Positions 1-9,503 of a stretch of DNA of 64,000 bases are shown here, piece after piece. This DNA comes from Gammaproteobacteria bacterium. GTDB taxonomy: Bacteria > Pseudomonadota > Gammaproteobacteria > UBA4575. The notes beneath the pieces were generated by a model. It searched no databases and was not told where the DNA came from. It worked only from the letters and a program-made list of their open reading frames with translations. Made by a program: the position numbers and the translations under genes. The stretch covers positions 512,001 to 576,000 of the forward strand of contig CBDCUI010000008.1 in assembly GCA_965222615.1 (NCBI GenBank), written 5' to 3'. Numbering within the stretch: position 1 is the stretch's first letter; every line of letters starts with the position of its first letter.

Positions 1-44
1 TTCAACAGGTAATGAAGGGTCATAAAGTACAAGAGTTCGAATAA
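1..44 (+). CDS. hscA: 3' end of Fe-S chaperone HscA (partial)
   Basis: Frame from nt 3 reads [13 protein letters not shown], like the HscA C-terminus; stop overlaps the fdx start (TAATG); isc operon order. Confidence 0.65.
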   Translation, partial: QQVMKGHKVQEFE

Positions 45-382
45 TGCCTAAATTAACCTTTTTGCCACATGAAGAGATTTGCCCAGAAGGTAAAGTCATT
101 GAAGTCGATCCTGGCATAAGCATCTGCAATGCTGCATTGGCGAATGAGATTGAAATCGAGCATGCATGTGAAAAATCATGTGCCTGTACCACCTGCCATG
201 TCTACGTTCGAGAGGGCTTAGATTCACTAAATGATGCTGAAGAGAATGAGGAAGACTATCTGGATAAAGCCTGGGGGCTAGAGCCCGACTCACGCTTGAG
301 CTGTCAGGCGATTGTAGGTAAAGAAGATTTGGTGATTGAGATTCCCAAATACACCATTAACATGGTCTCGGAAAGCCGCTAA
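44..382 (+). CDS. fdx: ISC-system 2Fe-2S ferredoxin
   Basis: [14 protein letters not shown] and SRLSCQ motifs. Confidence 0.95.
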   Translation: MPKLTFLPHEEICPEGKVIEVDPGISICNAALANEIEIEHACEKSCACTTCHVYVREGLDSLNDAEENEEDYLDKAWGLEPDSRLSCQAIVGKEDLVIEIPKYTINMVSESR

Positions 383-686
383 AAATGCGTCTTTTGTCCC
401 GATATTGTGTTGCTCCTCTTCACTGCGATGCTCATTTACTGGTGTGTAAACTGCGCTTCTTGCTCGGAACGCGCCTCATCTCGAAACAAAATTCGCTATT
501 TTTAGCTAAGCAAGCGAGTCTTTTGTCCCGATATTGTGTTGCTGTTCCTCGCTGCGATGATCATTTACGGCTAGGGCTAGGTATACTTCGTTTCTCATTC
601 GGGACGTGGCTCACCTCGAAACAAAATCCGCGATTTTTAGCCAAGCAAATAGGTCTTTTGTGCTGATATTTCGTTGCCGTTCCTCA
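379..686 (+). repeat. Tandem ~130 bp palindromic (MITE/REP-like) repeats, 2 full copies plus 1 partial
   Basis: GTCTTTTGT(C/G)C..GATATT recurs at 389, 518 and 653; full units contain TCATTTAC and end TCGAAACAAAAT..GC.ATTTTTAGC.AAGCAA; imperfect terminal inverted repeat CTAAAAATGCGTCTTTTGT / ACAAAATTCGCTATTTTTAG. Confidence 0.8.
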
Positions 687-759
687 TTATTCTAGTTGTG
701 AAAATCTTTTTATTTCTTAGGCACTTAATGTATGTACACTATTTCTTGAGGAGATTAAT

Positions 760-960
760 ATGAGTTTAAAATGGACAGATAGCCTCGATATTGCCATCGA
801 ATTAGATGAAGCCCATCCCGATGTGGATCCTCAATATATCCGTTTTACTGATTTACATGCTTGGGTATGTGCGTTAAGTGAGTTCGATGATGATCCAGAG
901 GCATCCAATGAGAAAATTCTTGAGGCTATTCAAATGGCCTGGTTGGATGAACGCGACTGA
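760..960 (+). CDS. iscX: Fe-S assembly protein IscX
   Basis: [15 protein letters not shown]...IRFTDLH...[13 protein letters not shown]; GAGGAG RBS. Confidence 0.93.
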   Translation: MSLKWTDSLDIAIELDEAHPDVDPQYIRFTDLHAWVCALSEFDDDPEASNEKILEAIQMAWLDERD

Positions 961-1131
961 TAACTGGTTAATTCTTCCTTCTTTCTGACCCCTCTAAAGC
1001 ATTGCCTCTCACCTGTGGCTGGGAGTAGAATTCACTGAAAAATATAGAAAAATTTGCGGGCAAATCAAGTCGTAACAATTATTTTTTAGAATTCAAATTA
1101 ATTTTATTTTTTAAACGCAGGAGCAAAGCAC

Positions 1132-1560
1132 ATGGCAAGGGAGCGCACGTTATCCATTCTGAAGCCGGATGCAGTTAAAAGGAATGTAATTGGGAAAATC
1201 AAAGCAATGATAGAAGAAGCTGGTTTATCAATCATTGCAACAAAGATGCTTAGAATGAGTAAAGTGCAAGCAGGTGATTTTTATGAAATGCACAAGGGAA
1301 AACCGTTTTACGATCCCTTAATTGAGTTTATGACATCAGGTCCGGTAATTGTACAAGTATTGGAAGGTGATGAAGCAATTGCAAACTATCGAAAGGTAAT
1401 GGGTGCTACACAATTTGGTGAGGCTGAACCAGGAACCATACGCGCAGAGTTTGCAACATCAACTGCACATAATGCAGTGCATGGGTCAGATTCCAAGAAA
1501 AGTGCGAAACGTGAAATAAAATTTTTCTTTGCCGAACATGAAATTTTTCCACGAGAGTGA
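1132..1560 (+). CDS. ndk: Nucleoside diphosphate kinase
   Basis: [27 protein letters not shown]. Confidence 0.96.
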   Translation: MARERTLSILKPDAVKRNVIGKIKAMIEEAGLSIIATKMLRMSKVQAGDFYEMHKGKPFYDPLIEFMTSGPVIVQVLEGDEAIANYRKVMGATQFGEAEPGTIRAEFATSTAHNAVHGSDSKKSAKREIKFFFAEHEIFPRE

Positions 1561-1573
1561 ATATTTTTTTAGT

Positions 1574-2722
1574 ATGAAATTTAATTCACAAAATATTGCT
1601 GGTCAAAATTTGATGGGGATGTGTCATCAAGACTTAGAACAATATTTTTCTGTATTAGATGAAAAGTCTTTTCGCGCTACTCAACTAATGAAGTGGACTC
1701 ATCAACAAGGAATTATAGATTACGAGTTGATGACAAATCTTAGCAAATCATTACGCGAATGGTTGAAAGAAAACACTTTGCTGGAATTGCCAGAAATGAT
1801 CGACGAAAAGATTTCCGCAGATGGAACACGTAAATGGTTGTTACGTATCGATGATAACAATGCTGTTGAGACCGTATTTATACCTGAGGATGATCGCGCT
1901 ACTTTATGTGTGTCTTCTCAGGCGGGTTGTGCCTTAGATTGCACTTTTTGTGCTACTGCACGACAGGGATTTGCCGGCAATCTTAGCTCTGCCCAGATCA
2001 TTTCTCAATTATGGTATGCAGAACATCGTTTGCGTGAATTATTTAATAAACAGCGTGTCATCAGTAATGTTGTATTTATGGGTATGGGCGAGCCACTGGC
2101 AAACTTTGATAATGTAGTGTCGGCAATTCGTATCATGATGGATGATAATGCCTACGGACTTGGCAAGCGAAAAGTCACTGTAAGTACATCAGGCATTGTT
2201 CCAAAAATAGATAAACTTCGTGAAGAGCTGGATGTGAGCTTAGCAGTTTCTTTGCATGCGCCTAACGATGAGCTTCGCAATAAATTGGTTCCGATAAACA
2301 AGCGTTACTCGATTGCAGAGTTAATGGAAGCTTGCCGACGTTTTGTAGAATGGAAAAATCGTAAACACACGATTACATTCGAATATGTAATGTTGCATGA
2401 AGTTAATGACAGCACTGAACATGCTTTGCAATTAATACGATTGCTGAAAGATTTGCCTGCTAAAGTTAACCTTATTCCGTTTAATACGTTTCCCAACTCA
2501 GGATTTCAACGATCAACAGTCGGCGCGATAAATGAATTTAGTGCTAGGTTACAAGATGCGGGAATTACCACGATTACACGCAGACCACGTGGTGAAGATA
2601 TTGCAGCAGCTTGTGGGCAATTAGCTGGAGAGATAACAGACAAGACCAAGCGAAAGCTCCATTTTGAAAAATTGCACAATACTAATGTTACAAACCATAG
2701 GATAGAGGCAGTATGCGTGTAG
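1574..2722 (+). CDS. rlmN: Dual-specificity RNA methyltransferase RlmN
   Basis: CVSSQAGCALDCTFC radical SAM motif, MGMGEPL, AACGQL; start placed at ATG 1574 to avoid overlapping ndk. Confidence 0.95.
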   Translation: MKFNSQNIAGQNLMGMCHQDLEQYFSVLDEKSFRATQLMKWTHQQGIIDYELMTNLSKSLREWLKENTLLELPEMIDEKISADGTRKWLLRIDDNNAVETVFIPEDDRATLCVSSQAGCALDCTFCATARQGFAGNLSSAQIISQLWYAEHRLRELFNKQRVISNVVFMGMGEPLANFDNVVSAIRIMMDDNAYGLGKRKVTVSTSGIVPKIDKLREELDVSLAVSLHAPNDELRNKLVPINKRYSIAELMEACRRFVEWKNRKHTITFEYVMLHEVNDSTEHALQLIRLLKDLPAKVNLIPFNTFPNSGFQRSTVGAINEFSARLQDAGITTITRRPRGEDIAAACGQLAGEITDKTKRKLHFEKLHNTNVTNHRIEAVCV

Positions 2723-3495
2723 TGATTTCAAATATATTGGTTTTAATTGCGTTAGTGCTGAGCGTATTTGGTTGTGCAACCAATTCGAGTACAGACATCA
2801 ATACTGGTCCGAATAAAAAAGCTGCTGAGATTAATACTCAACTTGGCGTGAATTATCTGAGTCAAGGTAAATATAAATTAGCTGATGAAAAACTTCGTAG
2901 GGCCTTGAAACAAGATCCCAACTCATCGACTGCACATTGGGTATTTGCCTTATTGCAAGAAAGGTTAGGTGAGAACAAAGTGGCTGAAAGGCATTATCGT
3001 AAAGCAATATCCTTAAATCCAAAAGATTCCAAAGCGCATAACAACTACGGTACATTCCTATGTAACCAGAATAGGGTTCAAGAGGCAGAAAAAGAATTTC
3101 TTTTAGCGATTGAAAATCCACTGTATGCCCAAGCAGCATCTGCCTATGCCAATGCAGGACTATGTGCTTTAAAAATCCCAGACAAAGTAGCAGCAGAAGA
3201 CTATTTTCAAAAATCGTTGAGTATTAATCCAGAACAACGTTCGTCACTTATTCAAATGGCTAAGCTTTCATTCGAGAGAAAAGAATATGCGCAAACAAGT
3301 CATTATATTCAACGTTATGAACAAATTAGCAAGCATAATTCTGAGTCACTTTGGATTGCGTTTCAGTCAGAATCTAATTTAGGTAATCGAGAAAAAGCGA
3401 ATAGCTACGCAAACCAACTCAAGAAGCAATATCCTAGTTCACATGAGGCACGATTATTAGCTGAAACATATTGGCATGCAGAAAAAAGTAAGTAA
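2713..3495 (+). CDS. pilW: Type IV pilus pilotin PilW/PilF, TPR lipoprotein
   Basis: Lipobox-like VFGC, TPR repeats, NNYGTFLC, NAGLC; synteny. Confidence 0.9.
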   Translation: MRVVISNILVLIALVLSVFGCATNSSTDINTGPNKKAAEINTQLGVNYLSQGKYKLADEKLRRALKQDPNSSTAHWVFALLQERLGENKVAERHYRKAISLNPKDSKAHNNYGTFLCNQNRVQEAEKEFLLAIENPLYAQAASAYANAGLCALKIPDKVAAEDYFQKSLSINPEQRSSLIQMAKLSFERKEYAQTSHYIQRYEQISKHNSESLWIAFQSESNLGNREKANSYANQLKKQYPSSHEARLLAETYWHAEKSK

Positions 3496-3499
3496 TACA

Positions 3500-4408
3500 A
3501 TGTCGAAGCAGACGGCGCAAAAGAATACCGTAAGTATTGGTGCTTTACTTATTGATGCACGTAATAATGCTGCATTAAGCCAGGCCGATATAGCTGATCA
3601 GATTAATTTACCTCGTAGCACGATTATTGCACTAGAAAATGATGATTTTGAGCAGTTGCCAGAATCCACTTATATTCGTGGATATTTACGTAATTATGCG
3701 CGTGCTGTAGGGATCGATGCCGAAGATTTGGTGACTGTCTATAATGAACAACATCACGTTGAATCTGACATGGAGACAAGAACAAGCTCAAGGTATAGCT
3801 ATGATTCAACTATTTTATGGAGTACGGCTGCGGTATTTACTATTTTAGTTGGATTACTTATTAATTGGTGGATGGATGCAAGACCTGTTGCGGAGCAAGC
3901 TATTGAAGTAGTCGATGGCGAAAATTTTATAACCGTTGCTGATAATGAAACGAATGACGCTAAACAGTTATCGGGTTCTTCAAATAATAATCCTGAACAT
4001 AATACCGAGCAGGATATCGAGCAAGTATCAAACCAAACTTTCCCTCAAGAAGAGGTACAAGCTGCAAATACCAGCGAAACGCTAAGTTCAGATGTTGAAC
4101 AAGCCATGCAAGAAGAGTCTTTAAATCCAAACTTAGTTACACTTAACGAAGGCATGGATATCTTAACTGTTACCTATGTTGAAAAAAGTTGGACAGAAAT
4201 TCATGATGCAGACCAAAATCCACTTATACAAGGTTTGATTGAACCGGGAGTCGTGAGAAACTTAAGTGGTAAAGCGCCGTTTCATATTTTTCTTGGTAAT
4301 TCACCAGGTGTAGTTATTGAAGTAAATGGACAATATTTTGATCAATCCCAATATAATAGGAGTAACCGCACTGCGCGGTTTCAAATATCTGATAGTTCAT
4401 TTAACTAG
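3500..4408 (+). CDS. rodZ: Cell shape protein RodZ
   Basis: N-terminal HTH with YIRGYLRNYAR, one TM segment, C-terminal DUF4115-like region; synteny. Confidence 0.88.
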   Translation: MSKQTAQKNTVSIGALLIDARNNAALSQADIADQINLPRSTIIALENDDFEQLPESTYIRGYLRNYARAVGIDAEDLVTVYNEQHHVESDMETRTSSRYSYDSTILWSTAAVFTILVGLLINWWMDARPVAEQAIEVVDGENFITVADNETNDAKQLSGSSNNNPEHNTEQDIEQVSNQTFPQEEVQAANTSETLSSDVEQAMQEESLNPNLVTLNEGMDILTVTYVEKSWTEIHDADQNPLIQGLIEPGVVRNLSGKAPFHIFLGNSPGVVIEVNGQYFDQSQYNRSNRTARFQISDSSFN

Positions 4409-4437
4409 CCACTCACCTCTAACAATAAGAAGCACAA

Positions 4438-5700
4438 ATGTCTAAGCGGATTCAATCAATTCGCGGAATGCACGATGTATTACCACCGGCAAGTGAATTG
4501 CTACGGGAGATAGAGCGTGTGTCACAAGCTGTATTGCAGCAATACGGCTATCAAGAAATTCGTACGCCATTACTAGAGCAAACAGAATTGTTTAAACACT
4601 CTTTGGGAGAAGTAACTGATATTGTTGAAAAAGAAATGTATACCTTTGCAGATCGCAATGGTGATAGTTTAACTTTGCGTCCTGAGGGTACCGCAAGCTG
4701 TGTGCGTGCAGGAATTCAACATGGGTTTTTGTATGGACAGCCGTCGCGTTTGTGGTATTGCGGACCTTTTTTCCGCCATGAAAGGCCGCAAAAGGGACGC
4801 TATCGTCAGTTTCACCAGGTAGGTGTAGAGACGTTTGGTCTTGCAGGTCCTGATATTGATGCAGAGCTAATCATTTTAAGTCAATATATTTGGAAAAATA
4901 TTAATTTACCGCAAAATCCAAAACTGGAAATTAATAGTCTAGGTACTTCAGAAGTTCGACAAGCTTATCGTGAGAAATTGATTGCTTATTTAAAACAGCA
5001 TGAGAATAAACTAGATGCAGATGCTAAGCGCCGCCTACAGAGTAATCCAATGCGAATATTGGACAGTAAAAACCCTGACATGCAAGATATCATACAAAAC
5101 GCACCTAGCCTCACGGAATGTCTAGATGCAGAATCCGCAGAACACTTTGCGAAATTACAAACATTATTAAGTGCTGCCAATATCGAATTCACGATTAATC
5201 CGCGTCTAGTTAGAGGTTTGGATTATTACAGTAAGACGGTATTCGAATGGATAGCGGATGGTTTGGGAGCGCAAGCCACAATTTGTGCTGGCGGACGCTA
5301 TGATGGCTTGGTCGAGCAACTTGGTGGAAAACCTTGTCCTGCGGCTGGTTTTGCCATCGGCATAGAAAGAATTGCTGAATTGCTTAATGCTAGAAAACAT
5401 AGTATTGATGCTTATCTTGTGCTGGTGGGAGAACAGGCTGAGAGCTTGGGGATGAAACTAGCTACAGAAATGCGCTTAATACATCCTGAATTTTCTGCGG
5501 TCATAAATTGTGGTGGAGGTAGTATAAAATCACAAATGAAGCGGGCCGATCGTTCAAATGCTAGGCTTGCAATTATCTTGGCAGAAGATGAGATTAAAAA
5601 TAATACTGTGTCTGTAAAGTTTCTACGCGAACAACGGGAACAGGAAACCATACCACAAGATAATTTAATATCATTTTTAAATGAATACTTCAGTAAATAA
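4438..5700 (+). CDS. hisS: Histidine--tRNA ligase
   Basis: LRPEGTA, FRHERPQKGRYRQFHQ, LVRGLDYY, GGRYDGL. Confidence 0.97.
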   Translation: MSKRIQSIRGMHDVLPPASELLREIERVSQAVLQQYGYQEIRTPLLEQTELFKHSLGEVTDIVEKEMYTFADRNGDSLTLRPEGTASCVRAGIQHGFLYGQPSRLWYCGPFFRHERPQKGRYRQFHQVGVETFGLAGPDIDAELIILSQYIWKNINLPQNPKLEINSLGTSEVRQAYREKLIAYLKQHENKLDADAKRRLQSNPMRILDSKNPDMQDIIQNAPSLTECLDAESAEHFAKLQTLLSAANIEFTINPRLVRGLDYYSKTVFEWIADGLGAQATICAGGRYDGLVEQLGGKPCPAAGFAIGIERIAELLNARKHSIDAYLVLVGEQAESLGMKLATEMRLIHPEFSAVINCGGGSIKSQMKRADRSNARLAIILAEDEIKNNTVSVKFLREQREQETIPQDNLISFLNEYFSK

Positions 5701-5710
5701 GTGAGAGAGC

Positions 5711-6334
5711 ATGGCTGATTACGAAACCGAAGAACAACAAGTCGAGGCACTTAAAGAATGGTGGAAACAAAATGGCATTGCGGTAATCGCAGGTGCGGTA
5801 TTGGGTATTGCCGCTTTAGCCGGTTGGCGGGGTTGGAATTGGTATCAAGAAAAACAGGCAATGCAGGCATCTGATATCTATATTAATGTGCAAAATGCTT
5901 TGATTAAAAATGATACCAAAGCTTTGCAAACCCAAGCGGGCACCCTGCGTTCTAAATATAAATCCACACCCTATGCTGTATTAGCGACTTTGCATGAAGC
6001 AAAGCTACAGTCAGAAAAGGGTGATTTGAATGCGGCAGCTGAAAGTTTACGCTGGGCAATGAATAATAGCTCACAAGCTTCTGTCAAAGATATTGCACGA
6101 ATTCGATTGGCACGTGTGCTGGTAGCTGACAACAAGCTCGATGAAGCCGCGGCAACCATCAACCACAATTTACCTAAAGCCTATGCCTCATTGGTTAATG
6201 AAATACGTGGTGATATTTTTTTTGCAAAAGGTGAAACTGAACAAGCTAAACAAGCTTATGACCAAGCACTAGAATCTGCTGATGCAAGTAGCATCGAATA
6301 TCTGCGCATTAAACGCAATGATTTAGGCAGCTGA
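5711..6334 (+). CDS. yfgM: YfgM family TPR protein
   Basis: YETEEQQVEALKEWWKQNG start, TM segment, TPR; synteny. Confidence 0.9.
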   Translation: MADYETEEQQVEALKEWWKQNGIAVIAGAVLGIAALAGWRGWNWYQEKQAMQASDIYINVQNALIKNDTKALQTQAGTLRSKYKSTPYAVLATLHEAKLQSEKGDLNAAAESLRWAMNNSSQASVKDIARIRLARVLVADNKLDEAAATINHNLPKAYASLVNEIRGDIFFAKGETEQAKQAYDQALESADASSIEYLRIKRNDLGS

Positions 6335-6349
6335 CATTTATCATTATTC

Positions 6350-7534
6350 ATGTTTGTGAAACCTCGAAACAAGATCTTTATCCTATTTGTTCTGACTTGT
6401 TGCTTATCGTTTTCCGCGTGCAGCGTATTAAAGAAACCAAAACAGTGGTTTGATAAAGAAGATGATCCTCGTGAACCAACGAAGTTAGTAAATATTGAAA
6501 CTGAAAAAGTAAATGTGAAATCTATTTGGCGTAATTCGGTGGGTAATTTAGAAGATGCCTATAATTTAATTCGACCTTACATAACAGATGAGCGTATTTA
6601 TCTCACGGATGCAAAAGGTCGTGTGGAAGCTTGGCAGCGAAGTGATGGCAAACGTATCTGGTCAGTGTCACTTAAGGAAAGTATTTCGGGTGGTGTGAAC
6701 GGTGGTGAGGGTATCGTTGCGGTTGGTACAGAGTCTGGAGAAGTGATCACACTCAGCGCTGCGGATGGAAGCGAAAAATGGCGAGCTTCGGTAAGCAGTG
6801 AAGTGATGACCATCTCAGAGTCAAAATATGGTGTGATTGTTGCGCGTACTAATGATAATAAAGTGCATGCACTGGATGTGGGTAATGGCAGCATTGCGTG
6901 GAGAGCCAGCCGAGGTACACCTCCATTGACGTTACGTGGAGCAAGTGAACCTAAAGTAGTAGGAGATACCATAATTGTTGGTTACGACGATGGCAAGATG
7001 ATGGCCCTTAATATGCGTGACGGTGAAACACTATGGGAAACCACGGTTTCAGTTCCGAGTGGACGCTCTGAATTGGATCGTGTTTCAGATGTTGATGGTG
7101 AAATCGATACATTCGATGGCATCGTATATGCCGTTAGTTTTAATGGGCGCGTAGTAGCGGTTGATATGGATACCGGTAAGAGTATTTGGACAAAAGATTT
7201 TTCTTCTTACGTAGGTCTGAGCGTAGATGAAACTCGAGTATATGTTACCGATGTAAGTGATAGTGTTTGGGCATTAGATAAAACTTCGGGTGCCACACTG
7301 TGGCGACAAGATAAACTTTTATATAGAAAACTTACCGCACCTAAAGTAATGGGTGATTATGTGGTCGTTGGTGATTTCAAAGGTTATATGCACTGGTTAT
7401 CTCAAGAAGATGGAAAAATTGTAGGTAGAGATAATGTTGCAGGAGACGCCATTGAAGTTTCACCAATCATTAAAGATGAGCTGGCGTACGTACTTTCAAA
7501 AAATGGTTCATTGAAAGTATTACAGTATCAGTAA
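6350..7534 (+). CDS. bamB: Outer membrane assembly lipoprotein BamB
   Basis: Lipobox FSAC, PQQ-like propeller repeats, GRSELDRVSDVD. Confidence 0.92.
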   Translation: MFVKPRNKIFILFVLTCCLSFSACSVLKKPKQWFDKEDDPREPTKLVNIETEKVNVKSIWRNSVGNLEDAYNLIRPYITDERIYLTDAKGRVEAWQRSDGKRIWSVSLKESISGGVNGGEGIVAVGTESGEVITLSAADGSEKWRASVSSEVMTISESKYGVIVARTNDNKVHALDVGNGSIAWRASRGTPPLTLRGASEPKVVGDTIIVGYDDGKMMALNMRDGETLWETTVSVPSGRSELDRVSDVDGEIDTFDGIVYAVSFNGRVVAVDMDTGKSIWTKDFSSYVGLSVDETRVYVTDVSDSVWALDKTSGATLWRQDKLLYRKLTAPKVMGDYVVVGDFKGYMHWLSQEDGKIVGRDNVAGDAIEVSPIIKDELAYVLSKNGSLKVLQYQ

Positions 7535-7687
7535 TACTTTTTTCATTGCAGGCATCGCGATGCATTTTATGTGATGTGTGCCTCAAATGAATATTCGCAT
7601 TTCACTTGTCTGTAATCTTATCTGCTTGTTTAGCAAACAAGTAGTACGGTCTAAGAAGTGGTTTTATAGCGACTAGATTACAATGAA

Positions 7688-7710
7688 AATATGTTATATT
7701 ATAACGTAAT
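7688..7710. promoter_or_regulatory. Putative Zur box
   Basis: ATATGTTATATTATAACGTAA resembles the gammaproteobacterial Zur palindrome AAATGTTATA-N-TATAACATTT and lies upstream of a metal uptake cassette. Confidence 0.75.
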
Positions 7711-7764
7711 AATTTAAACTTATAATGGTCTAATCATCAAAGTTTAAGAAGTAAACTTAGTTCA

Positions 7765-8100
7765 ATGCTTATGAATTTCGCACCAAAGAAAATAGTTGTT
7801 ATTAGTTTGCTATTGATTTTGGTGAGCACTCAATATGTGCTTGCACGACATAGCATTTCCCACCTTGATTCAAATAATCATTCTACTCAACGAAGCACCG
7901 AGGATAATGAAAACAGTAGTGATATTTGTCAAACATGTGTTACTACGAAAAATTTAAGTCAGAAGTTTCTCCTTGAGACTAGTTATTTCTTCAAGTTATC
8001 AAAGCCTGGTTATTTAATATTTTGTTTACCGGGATTTGTTGGTTTTCAATCTCTTAACAAACCTTTTCGGTCACAAGCACCACCCATTCTTTTCTTTTAA
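7765..8100 (+). CDS. DUF2946-like leader protein (signal peptide, HxxxH, CxxC, C-terminal QAPP); probable metal-sensing arrest peptide
   Basis: Hydrophobic N-terminus, HSISH, CQTC, FRSQAPPILFF*; same layout as CutF/CruR leaders. Confidence 0.7.
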   Translation: MLMNFAPKKIVVISLLLILVSTQYVLARHSISHLDSNNHSTQRSTEDNENSSDICQTCVTTKNLSQKFLLETSYFFKLSKPGYLIFCLPGFVGFQSLNKPFRSQAPPILFF

Positions 8101-8136
8101 GAATTTATTTTTTATTGAATTTAAAAAGGAAAGATT

Positions 8137-9492
8137 ATGTCCAGATTATATTCATGGGCAGTCACTTGTGTGGTGGCTGCCAGTATTTTGTGGAGTCAAA
8201 GTGGGTTTTCAGCTGAAAACACTGAGTTGACCGAATTAAAAAGTGAAATTGCAGAAATGCGAAAGCACTATGAAGATAAAATTAAGTCATTAGAGCAAAA
8301 GTTATCTTCATTACAATCTAAACAAGAACAATTAACTAAGCAGACACCTGTAACTCAGGCTGCAAATGTACCAGCTACTAATCAACGCAGGATTGCTTCA
8401 AATGATTTCAACCCATCCATTGGTGCAATTTTGCAAGGTAAATACAATAGCTTTTCAAAACGCCAATCTGAATTTGCTGGGTTTGCCGTAGGTGAAGAAG
8501 GTGAACGATCCTCAGAAGGATTTACATTAGATGAGACCGAAATCAATCTTGCGGCTAGTATCGATGATAAGTTCCGAGGTAGTTCAACAATTGCATTAGT
8601 CGAAGAAGACGGAACGGAAGTTGAACTCGAAGAAGCCTATATCGAAACCACTGGATTACCTTACGGGGTGAGTGCAAAAGCCGGAAGATTTTTTGCAGCA
8701 CTTGGTTACTTAAATGAATACCATAGTCATGCAGACGACTTCGCCGATCGTCCCTTGCCTTATCGAGTATTTCTAGATAATCAATACAACGATGATGGTA
8801 TTCAAACTACGTGGATTGCGCCTTTTGATTTGTATACAGAGCTTGGCTTCGGGGTATTTCGGGGACGTGACTTTCCAGGCGGGGGTGAAGGTGATTCCAA
8901 TATTGGTGCATGGAGTGCCTTTGGGCGCATTGGTGGTGATGTGGGCGATAATTCTGCATGGCGAGTCGGTTTATCGACGTTACAAGTTGATGATTTAGAG
9001 CGTTCCAGTAATGAGGACTTATTGGATTTTATCGGTGATAACAAAATCTATATAGTGGATGGCCGCTATATATGGGCACCTACAGGAAACAATCGTAACA
9101 AAGAATTAATTCTTCAGGCTGAATATTTTCATCGCGATGAAGATGGCACTTACGATGATCTCGATGTAGGTACAGGGCCGATTTCTTACGATGAAGATCA
9201 ATCGGGTTGGTATGCACAAGGCGTTTACAAATTTCATCCACAATGGCGCATTGGCGCACGTTACAGTGAACTTAATGCAGGAGATGTCCCAGCGGGCTTA
9301 ATTGGAAGTGCTTTGGATGATGAGAATCATGACCCATATAGCCTTTCATTGATGGCGGATTGGACTAATAGTGAATTCAGTCGTTTGCGTTTGCAGTACA
9401 ACTTAGAAGAACTAGCGGATAAAAATCGCGATCATCAAATTACGCTTCAATACATCATGAGCATGGGTGCGCATGCAGCCCATCCGTTTTAA
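8137..9492 (+). CDS. Zinc-regulated outer membrane porin/receptor-like beta-barrel protein
   Basis: Signal peptide, coiled coil, FNPSIG, NEYHSHADDFADRP, SEFSRLRLQY, terminal GAHAAHPF. Confidence 0.8.
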   Translation: MSRLYSWAVTCVVAASILWSQSGFSAENTELTELKSEIAEMRKHYEDKIKSLEQKLSSLQSKQEQLTKQTPVTQAANVPATNQRRIASNDFNPSIGAILQGKYNSFSKRQSEFAGFAVGEEGERSSEGFTLDETEINLAASIDDKFRGSSTIALVEEDGTEVELEEAYIETTGLPYGVSAKAGRFFAALGYLNEYHSHADDFADRPLPYRVFLDNQYNDDGIQTTWIAPFDLYTELGFGVFRGRDFPGGGEGDSNIGAWSAFGRIGGDVGDNSAWRVGLSTLQVDDLERSSNEDLLDFIGDNKIYIVDGRYIWAPTGNNRNKELILQAEYFHRDEDGTYDDLDVGTGPISYDEDQSGWYAQGVYKFHPQWRIGARYSELNAGDVPAGLIGSALDDENHDPYSLSLMADWTNSEFSRLRLQYNLEELADKNRDHQITLQYIMSMGAHAAHPF

Positions 9493-9503
9493 AGAGGTGA
9501 TGC

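Noticed and set aside
385-666. 93 aa ORF between fdx and iscX
   Set aside because: It is the translation of the tandem DNA repeat, with no recognisable domain
379-686. Possible CRISPR array
   Set aside because: Whole ~130 bp units are homologous, there are no unique spacers, and no cas genes are present
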